From Balanoglossus misakiensis (taxonomy: Eukaryota; Animalia; Hemichordata): a DNA stretch of 64,000 bases. Shown here piece by piece: positions 53,798 to 64,000 of this stretch (positions are counted from its first letter, which is position 1; each line of letters starts with the position of its first letter). The notes beneath the pieces are model-generated. The model did no database searches, had not been told where the DNA came from, and worked only from the letters and a program-made list of their open reading frames with translations. The stretch lies in NCBI GenBank assembly GCA_040954595.2, contig CM082576.2, forward strand, positions 12,589,129 to 12,653,128, in the 5' to 3' direction. A program made the translations under genes and the position numbers.

Positions 53798-56700
53798 AGT
53801 CTGCATCAGGGTGCCTTATTGGCTGAGAGGTTGTACTGAACTGAGTGAATCATTTCCTTGCAAAGCACACCACTTCATACCAGTTTTCTTAATCGTCCAC
53901 ATCTTAGTAGAAAATGCCTGGTACAACTACACAAACAAAAATGTATAATTGTCCAAGGTTTTCATCATATATCTTAAAACTTTTTTATTAGTATATTATG
54001 GTAATTAATTCCAGCAGTTGTGAAAGTTATGATATTTAAGTGTACTAATACTGAAGTATTCAAGTACATTGCAACTCAGTTTGAAAAGAACAAGGCATGG
54101 TCAGAACTACAGTATGATGAAAAATTGTCTGACCCCCAAAAAACAATGATAATGTGCCGTGCCTCCAACAGCCTTGATTGATACTTTTAGCATGGTGAAC
54201 TGAAATGTGGGGTGGTCTTTCAAGGATTTGGTTAATGTGATCGCTACATGCCCAGAGTTTTTGAAGTCAAGGATGAAGTGTAAGATAGGACGCAAGGACA
54301 ACTGCTTTGATGGTTTGATAGATCGTTAAAACTTCTTTATGATTTTTGGCTCATGTCCCACATTTTATACAATCATGCAAGATTTAAATTTAGATCATGT
54401 GGTCTGTTGTGAGCAAATGAAAAAAATGTCGTAATTCACAGTAATGCAAAAAATATAAATTTTAATGATTAGTACTAGTATACTACTAAGTATATTGTGT
54501 GTCTTCGTTTTCTCTCAACTCATTATGGTTTAGCTTAGATTTTGAAAGACATTTCACAAACCTACATTCATATAAACATTGTGAAACTTTGAGGTTTGAC
54601 AGCTTGTTAAAAACTTCTTTTTTTGTGATAAGGTGACAGGTCCACAAGGAGCTACTCTCAAAGTTGCCATCTTCTAAGTAGAAGGTCACAGGATTATCTC
54701 TTTAATCCTTTTTACCTTCCAAGTTCAGCTTAGCAAAACATCGGTATGAAGTTTTCCTTGGGCGGTTTTGGGTTTAGTTATGTGTCCATTAGGTTTGCTT
54801 TGAAAATGATACGCTTTGAGAAGAAAAAAAATGTAATCAAGTACTGAAAGGAATTTGCATGTAGATTTGACACTATCACAAAAGTTTGCGACATAAAGCC
54901 AACATCAGATATAATTGCTTATGCGTGTGACATTGAGCAGTGGCCTCTACCAGAAAATGAGGCTTATCATCGTTGCTGAAGATATTTCTGTGGAGAGGAG
55001 GATTAACGCGGCAAAGACGAAACGCTGTGATGGGGGATGACGTTAATTTGTGAGACGGCCAACCGATTTGGGTGTGTGTGTCTCATCTGTTAAAGGGATT
55101 TTCCTGGGAAAAGTTTTTGGCGCCTAGCGTCTGGGATCATCTCACCAGGACAGGAAGGGATGATAGTTTGAACACCGATAGAACCTTGATTCAAGTCTTT
55201 CTATGTATATGTGTCTCTGCACTTTTGTAGTTCTACAAGACATGTCTTGCCGCTGTGCACATCCTTGTTGGACACTTTCATTTGTGCGTTGAAATTATTA
55301 GTAGTTATGATTATAATCACACAAGATAACTGTCATGCCAGGCAAAGTTCAGCTATTGATAAATGTATTCAGTGATGTGTGATTGTGATTTCCATGGCAA
55401 CAGCTAACTTGGGTAAACAGAGGGATGTTGCTTGAGTCTGTTGTCATGTGGATTTTATGTATAGGTATACTACAAATAAAAGGTCAGAAATACATGCCAT
55501 GGGGTATACATCCGGTTGAAGAGAACAAGGTAGTAAATTACTTCCCCATATGTTCAGGTTTGGAAACATCTTCTTGGAAAAAAAAAAGAATGCGAAAATA
55601 AAAATTTCAAGCTCATGTTGAATAGAAGGTCTAACAACAGATAGGTGTGAATCTTCAAGAAGATTCAATCCATCAAAAGGATTCTGACAGACATCTATAC
55701 CCGAGAGGAAATAAGATCGAGCTTATCATGTTTGATTGAGACTTTGACAAGAGCGCTAAAAGCCTGATAAAAGTTGATCAGCTGAAAACGTTGTTCGAGT
55801 TCGTCTTTTTACTGACAAGATTCAATGTTTTGCAGCGCAAGATTCCTGTGAGTCTTATGTCATTCGGATGAGGCATTGTCATGGCGATCTATACATTGGC
55901 AATCAGACGCGCTCACCTTGGGGGCACAGCCACAGTTCCATGAAATTCTTATCAGAGGACACCATTTTAATGGCACAAATGCAACAAGAGAATCGTTTTC
56001 GAGTCAGTCATTTGGGAGCGAGGTCACAGACTATTTCCTAATTGTAATTGACATATTAAAACAGGTGTTAGACTGTCAGAAGTATATGATGGTTCATCAA
56101 ACTATTGTAGCCCATTATGAAATTAACCTTCAAATTACATGTAGAAGTAGCAGGCTATTTAATATATGATGTGCTAGTATCTTTTTTATGACTGCAGTAC
56201 AAAGGGTCGAATTGCATATATAGGAAAAACATCCAGATGTACCTTATAAATGCATTTCTGATTTATTTAATCATAGTATTACATTTAAGATCATCGTGCT
56301 CCGAAATGAATCATTCTGTGGCATTGAATATACTTATTATTCTATAGCAGAATAGCAGAATCATTTTGGTGCAGATTAATTGACAAATGCGAATTTTAGG
56401 AGAAACATGTCTTGAGAAAATGTCTGTGCAAACAAGGAGAATGAGGGCCATTACGACGTAACCTTCAAGTAATCACTTTCTTGATGGAAGACTTGTATGG
56501 TTCAAGGATCTCATTTTTTTTTTGCAAATGCCAAAGATGCACCGTAGATCCTCCGTCTAGATAAAGATTCCAGAGATTTCCTCTGTCAGTGATGGCTCTT
56601 CACCTTGTTGCCATGGAAACCAGAGATTTCCACATACAGCAAGTACTGGTAGAGGCTCCTTTTCGTTGTCATGCATTTGTCATACATGAAATTCAGAGAT

Positions 56701-59520
56701 TGTGGTGGTGGGGGTGGTTACACCTGCTATTTGTTGGTGTGTCTGGGAGCCCCTACTATTATCCATGGCAAATGTCTGACAGATAAATGATTAATCCTGA
56801 TATTATTGCAATGACATGCCGATTAACGTTTCAAGGTTGATTTGCCTCAAAGGTATATAGGACAAGTGTGAAATGAATTGAAAGGAAGAACAGCTAGAAT
56901 ACAGTTTCTCGATCATTAGCAGATTTTCATGAAAACATACCAAAAGAACCCTGTAAAAAACATTAGAGTCTATAATGTTTTTTATTATCAGATAAAGTAA
57001 TTTGATGATACATGTACACTGTTTGACAATCTTTTAACGTGTATGCTCACACCTTGGACTGAAAAGATATATTACAGATTTAATGACTCATTTAGAGAAC
57101 ATTGTAGTTTCTGTTCAGAAGAGCGTATGGTGTTGAGTGCAGGAGATGAGACAGCATTGAAATAGGGTATTAAATGATGTGAAATTTAATGATTAACAAT
57201 TAGAGTAATGTTGTCTGCAGAGTTCAGACTGTCGAATTTTATTTTTACAACAAAGGTCTACATTGTACATAATGGGTTAAGAGAGCGTGATATTCGAGGC
57301 GGAAAATTTCCTGCCCTGCCTATGAGTCTGTGCAGTTGTCAGGGAGTATAAAGCTCTGACCATTGTCACCATCCATGCCAGGATTCATACTTGCACTTGT
57401 CATTTTATATGACATCAAATTTGTAAATGTTCAGTAATTGAAATTTAAAATATTAATATAAAACATTATCAGATTTTCAAATGTTCAATAATAAAAATTT
57501 AAAATACAACAATATTGAATAACCCAAGGAAATGTGATTCTAATTTCTTCCGTATGAGCAAAATTTTTGCTGAAAAATGTGTCTCCAAGGAACATACATT
57601 AGGAGTGTCAACCATATGGGCAGGAACATGTCCAACCACCACCAGCTGATCTGAAGGCCACAAGTTCCACATCACTGTCAGAAGGCCATTATTATTTATT
57701 CAGAAAGTGTGATGCTATGTAAAATATTTTATGCTGACTTTACATTTTTCAGAGTGGAGAAAATGTTGAATTAAAATTGAGAAGCAATTGTGTTCTACTT
57801 GGTAGATGGAGCTTGTGTGTAATGGAGGAAAAATCATGCCATTGGTGATTCTTGGCAATGTGACTGTTAATTCAAATCTCGGTCTGTTGCTTCTTGTGTG
57901 GATAAATACGCTTTAATATTTGCTGCCGCAGGAGGTTTGCCCTGCATCGGTGAAAGTTAGCGTGACGGCAGCGTTCAAATAAACAGAGAGACAATTGATG
58001 GACGTTCAATCTTGTCCAAGTCTAAACTGTGCTGTCTGAAGTCATTGATGAATGAACTCGTCTATAAACAACCAGGGGGGAAGAGTCAGACATTGTTGTT
58101 ATTGAATATGTCAAAGCAATAAAGAGTCAAGCTCAATCACTCTGACGTTTGAAACAGATTTATGCAATGTTGTCTAGGGGAAAATGATTATCTTTTATAT
58201 TTCCTCAATAAAGTATTACTCAGGAATGTTTGACTTTCAGACATATTTTCTGCTGCACTGCTGTTTCTACTTCATTGGCTTTGAACTTTTTGTTTGAATT
58301 GCGACAGTAACATGTATCAGAGTGGTTTACCTTTGGAAATTTACCAACCAGACATTTCCCTCCCACAAGTTAGGATAAGGTTAGACTAAGCATCCAGCAG
58401 TAACTGTCCAGGGGGTATTAAATTGTCCAAAAACTGAATTGATTGTTGGTTTTTGTTGTGGTGGTCTAGACTCTATCCTTGCTTGTCTTGACTCTCCCAA
58501 AAAGACTGAGACAAGAAAGGGCAGCACGGTTACCAAGCCAACTGTTGGGAAGTGTTGTTGTCAGATAAAAATTGGCCTGGATTTTGTTAACTCAGCCCAG
58601 AACATACAAGCTTTGATTGCATGTGACGTACCCTGCTTATATTAACTGTAGGCAGTGGTGGTTTGACATTTTGATATTTCAAAATATTATATACCGGTAG
58701 CATTTGCGGGAACACGCAGAGTTGTCAGCCTGCAAGCTATCATGTGATGTCATTTCGTAAATGCTTTTCTCATAGTTCCAGCAGAATGGCACGATAAAGT
58801 GTCCATTACATGTACCGGGACAAACATCGATCTTTTGCAGAAAGAAATGCAAAGGCTAAAGTTACAGAAAGTACGTAATGGATAGAACTGTTCGGTGTTG
58901 CACAGCTACACGTAGGCGCGGTGTTGTGTACGACATACATGTACTATGTAGATAAGAGTAGATATGAGCTTGGCTGTGATGTGTGCGTTTTGAGTACTTG
59001 ACAAGGTAGAAGTTACCCTTGTCTGTATGATTGCATTTGATTGATGTGGGCAGTTAAAATATACTACTTTTACTAGTATCTATCAACTTGACAAACGTGA
59101 AAGTGAATATAATGCCAGTACAGATATGATATGGGTTGCATATTGGTATTAAAGCCACTCCACCTGCCTGTTAAAGAATTATGTTGATACATGGCCCATT
59201 GCTTTGACAGCAACACATACAATTACATGAAATAGTGACATTTCAAATCAACCCTCCAATAATTCCAAACTCATCCTTCTGTACTTTCTATCTTTCCTGC
59301 AGGGGGACAAGGTGTGTTTGATGTGCACAACTCAAGCCAAGAGTCAAGATGTAACAGAGAGGGTCTGTCTCGCAGCGGAAGGATTTGCCAGTCGTCTCGC
59401 ATATCTGGAGGCCTGTTCAGACAAGGTAAATTGCGTGTGTGTGGATTATGAATAAAAATCACTGCATTACATGTAGTACACCTGAATATCATAGTGCCAC
59501 TCACTGGATACAAGGATTGT

Positions 59521-59613
59521 TTAACCCTTTCACCACCATGGTTCAGTCCAAACCCATTGTTTCCTATGGAAAGGTTGGACCTCTGAAGAGGGAAATGGGG
59601 GTGAAAGGATTAA
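59521..59613 (+). mobile_element. piggyBac-type MITE, copy C
   Basis: TTAACCCTTTCACC...GGTGAAAGGATTAA, 93 bp, with TTAA ends and short TIRs. Confidence 0.85.
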
Positions 59614-62600
59614 AATATCCACATTGTTTTGGTACCATGCACCATTTGTTCCCTTGGTAATCCATTGTTAATTACTTCTGGCATTTTGAGGAACGGGGGT
59701 TTAACCTCGTTCAGATCCCTTGTAATGGCCAGAAGTAGCATTAAATTTGTGTACTGTTTTCGTCGTAATATATAAATTGTATGGACAGCTTGCACTGCAA
59801 CTATCAGCAAACTGGATATACTGTACCTAAATACGTATGAAATATTTGCAATATTCAGATGATTGTCAGATAGGTTTTCATGTAAAACATCAGGATACCG
59901 CGCATGTATACAGACGGCTTGCATTGTCTGTATTACTTCACGTTCTGTAAGACCTTTACACGCAGCATGATTCACAACGGGGGCCCTGCCGTGTCGTGCT
60001 CTTCTGACATTTGGCCATGGTCATCCTGCCCACATGCAAATCACAGCAGATGGAGAAGAGCAACTGAAGGTAGATGAAACGTGAATTCCCCTCGGTTTTC
60101 ACGAAATGCGACTGACGCAAAATTGTCCCGCTTCTGAATGCCTTCATGCAGTGGCTGGCTCGTCTGCAATTTTTTGCTGTAGTATGATCTGCCGACCGAC
60201 AGAAATTCATATCGTTCGTATACACACTGATGATGCCAATCTCAGATTTTTTGTTTGCGTGGTCCCCATACACGCAGTCCTAACATGCTGTGATGTCTTC
60301 AAGGTTGCAGAGTTTGAAATTTCACTGTTGCAATGGCAATTGTCATGCAAGAAAAAAAAATGATATGTAAAATGGCGGATCTACATATTATGTACAACAG
60401 AAAAGTCTAATCTTGCACACTGTAAGCTTGAAAAGTTTCAGTAGCAGCGATGCATACTTGCCAAATGCAGTTGACATTTGAAACGTGATTATCTTTGCCG
60501 TTCTATAAATTTCTGCTACTTTCGATAATACATTCTCCAGCATTTACCATGTGTATGCGATCAACTGATAGCCTTAATGGTCCATCCTGTGAGCACTTTA
60601 GTGGATCAACTTTATTTTTCAAAGTATACACGATACGATACGGCAGGGTCACTTGGATAGCCTCGAGAGTTCAATAAATTATACAAGAACTTTGTCGTCA
60701 GGGTTTACGAAATACAGCTGCAGTGACATAACAGACAGTACAATGTTTTACCGACTTTTAATCTTTCCAGTACAATCTCCCGGCATTAAGTGATCTATGC
60801 ACAGTTTAGATGACCCTTCAGTTCAGTATTATTGGAATGACTTCTGTCGGCATGTTGTCTGAGTAATTGCCCCAGGCACTCTCAGCCTCTCACTTATATG
60901 CCTAAGGTCACCAACTGTGTACTAGTCTAAAGAAAAACCAGGAAGAAGTGAAATTTCACCAGAAACCCAACAAAATTTAGAAAGACTTGATCTGGACATT
61001 CCATTTCATTATCGGATCTAAACTTGGTGGTCAGAACAACCAAGTTTTAGTGTTATTTGGTGATATATCAGCTTTTATGACAGGAAATTGCAGCAAAAAG
61101 TTTATGTTTTTATCATCCTTTTAGGAAGTTGTTTTATTTCTGAATTAAATTGCTGTATAAATGATAAAATGCCACTCTAATATCAAACATGAAGCAAGAT
61201 AAAGATTTGCTGAAAAACCAACAAATATACTAATCAGTGAATCACATAGGATAGATTTCTTTAGACAATTTTGTGAATCACGGTGTGGAAATAGCAACTT
61301 AAATTTTCTGAAGGAATGAGTCTTTCACTGCCAATTTAAGTTTGTGTATGTTATTTTTCATGTCGCGTCATTGAGATAACCTCTCTAAGCAGAATGACGT
61401 ATGAGTGCTACCGTAAGAATGGGGACTGCACCGTAATTGTTACAGTTTAAATTCACTTGCTTGAATGACCAACCATTGTTAAATCATTCCACGGTATTTA
61501 GTCTTTGCTTCATCAACGGAGGATTATGCTTCAAGCAGTACATGTAATGATGTTAGGCTATAATGTCCTTCCATCATTAAATAGCCAGTCCTCAACAGTA
61601 TGTTGACTACCTGCTGTAAAATACCATTGGCAGTTGAAATTATAGGTAGATCTCTTTTGTCGCTGTATTTTAATAAACCACTGCATGTATGTAGCCTGCC
61701 GATGTTATGGCCCCATCAGCTGGTCAAGATGCTAATAAAAGTCCTGAAGGTCATCAGATGGACGAAGTTATTGACTGTCCTGGTATGATTGGCCTTAGAC
61801 CTCCGGAATTTAGAATCACAAGACTTCACTCGTCAGATTGATTCAACACTGAACCGTGACCACCAGATCTTCAAATCAAATCAAATCAAATCACAGATGG
61901 TGGTACATGTAGACTGAAAATTTGCAGGAATAATTGCAGAATGCACCGGTATGTGTTGAAGAACAATTAACTCACACACATGCGGACACTTTTACTTTAT
62001 GTCGCTGGAGAGACCTCTTGATGTTATTGTATAACCGTACAAGGAGTTCAATCTGGCGAGCTGAAGTGTGTATATGCTGAGCGAGGAGCACTTGACATTT
62101 TGTACAATTTGCTTCACAACCCCCTTTGTCTCTTCTGAGGAGCTTTGAGATTGGCGTTAGAAAGTCTCTCAAAGTTTTTTCCGAATGGAGTGGGATTTGA
62201 TCAAGCCATCAGATACAATGAGGAGACTCCTATAGCTTAGGCCCCATTCAGCTGTCTGGAGCCATTCTGGAACCATTTTCATTCTGCTGTCGTTTGATGT
62301 TATACCCGAGTCTATTTAATCAGTCTATGTCACAATATGATTGAATATGGCCACCAGGCAGTCACTCTGTTTCATGTCCTAAACTATTTCTCAGACCTGA
62401 TGGAACCAGTTTCTTTCAAATTTTGTATAATTGACGTGAATTATGTATATCAAGTTGTATTGCATAATGATCGAAAATGACCTCTACTATTTGTCATTTT
62501 CTTTTAATATTATTTTTAATATCCAAAGCCATAAACTTGGCGTGCCCAAACCTATTTTTCGGACACCTATACAATAGCAAGCCAGGCTAGACAAAGTACA

Positions 62601-64000
62601 AACAAAATTGGATTTGGCTGGCAAAAGATAAAGGCCTAAAATGGCCTGTTGGCAGCCATATTGGATCATATCATGATGGCATCATTTCTTGGGAGGAATC
62701 AATGTTGACAGTGGCAGAGGTGGTGGCCTTTATGATGAAGTCGGTGTTGGGGGCTAATCACTGTCAACCAATGAACAAGAGGGATTTGAAAATGTCTATT
62801 AGCATGGCAGAAATAGCGTGCACTGTCTCCTTTCTGGTGACCTCTCTGACACCACACGAGACACGTGCAGACGAAATGAACCTTGCAAGCTAATTCTAGA
62901 TTTGAGATGACAAACGGTGATGGAATGCCCGTCGACTGTGGACAGCTGATAGTGTTGGGGGCGAGGCAATCAACAGCTGACTGCTGTCCACGAAACTCCG
63001 GCAAAATCCAGCAAATAAATGCGAGATCGCGCATGCCATTCATACTGAATAATTTGTAGATTGATTTGTTTCATGTATTTTCATCAACTTTTAATGAATT
63101 TTCATTCAGCTTCTAGCGAAGCTTGACTTCCTGAAATAGGCAATTCATGTGACGTTTTCTGTTTGTCATTTCGAATGACCTGTTGTCTGGATCCACTTGT
63201 TGGCCAATTAATTTACGCAAAATAGGGATTTCGTGACATCATCATTACTGCCACCTCCAACAGTGTGAAACATATCAATTTAATTTGAAATATACAGGAT
63301 GGAAAAGAATATTTCACTCTGTCACAATGAATTATTTGACCATACCGGTAAAGTCATCTGTTATGACGTAGTTTAGATTTAAGCAAATATTGAAAAAAGA
63401 AGAACTGTGTCAACTCGTTCTGAATCTACCTACTAACCAGCATTCAAAAATACATTGAATGAAAATTCTTTTGAAATTAAATGTTCATTTCCGGTCTCAA
63501 GTCATTTCAAAATGTCAATACAGTTAAAAAAAGAAATTGTGAAAGCTATGTCTGTGATTGAATGAATGAACGTTGATTGTTTTATTCGGAGAAAAATACA
63601 CAAATTAAGTTATTTTGGGAAACACATGTGAATTAAATATGGAATCTATTTTGAGGCAGCTAGCCTCAGGATTCAATCCATCAAATCTATTTCTAATTCA
63701 GTCTGTCACTGAGAAATGGCAAAAATTATATTTTTACCGGGAAATGACAAAAAAAAAAAAACATTCTCCGTAAAATAATTCAGACTGTTTGCCATTTGCC
63801 CAATCATATGATACAGCATATGTGTAGAAAACAGGAATAAATATTGCTTTGATTTGTCTTAAATGTTTTCTAAACAGATGTCAATTTAATACGGTATTTA
63901 GTCCAAATCCCTGCATCTGTTACATAAAGCTGAGTGACTGAACGGCCATAATGTTTTACCACAAATCAAAAGGAGCTCTAGTTTTATACCAAATAGACAT

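Noticed and set aside
62250-62690. Repeat-like tract (aatatggccaccaggcag / aaaatggcctgttggcagccatattgg); similar-looking tracts near 45840-45960 and 46640-46860
   Set aside because: They look like interspersed repeat remnants, but no second copy, TIRs or ORF in the window allow a defined call.

Overview
Eukaryotic, AT-rich, intron-rich animal DNA, probably a marine invertebrate (a deuterostome is plausible, but that is inference). Gene models were built by hand from GT-AG splice sites and reading-frame phase. In order: the 5' part of an ADF/cofilin gene (-); a complete 25-exon WDR81 (-, ~1975 aa); a divergently transcribed, atypical Jagged/Serrate-like gene (+, 19 exons, ~858 aa); COA6 (-); NAA30 (+); and the first coding exon of a ryanodine receptor (+), followed by >23.9 kb of apparent intron 1. 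The most interesting signal is the Jagged-like protein. It has only 7 EGF repeats, a DSL loop that lacks the canonical Notch-binding residues, and a Tyr-rich tail with a DYMSM (YxxM) motif. Also present: a 93-bp piggyBac-type MITE family, CTCF-like motifs at gene boundaries, a CArG/ETS/CRE cluster upstream of cofilin, and recurrent RFX X-boxes across the RyR 5' region. No prokaryote-type systems (CRISPR etc.) were seen. No database searches were run; family assignments rest on recalled motifs.
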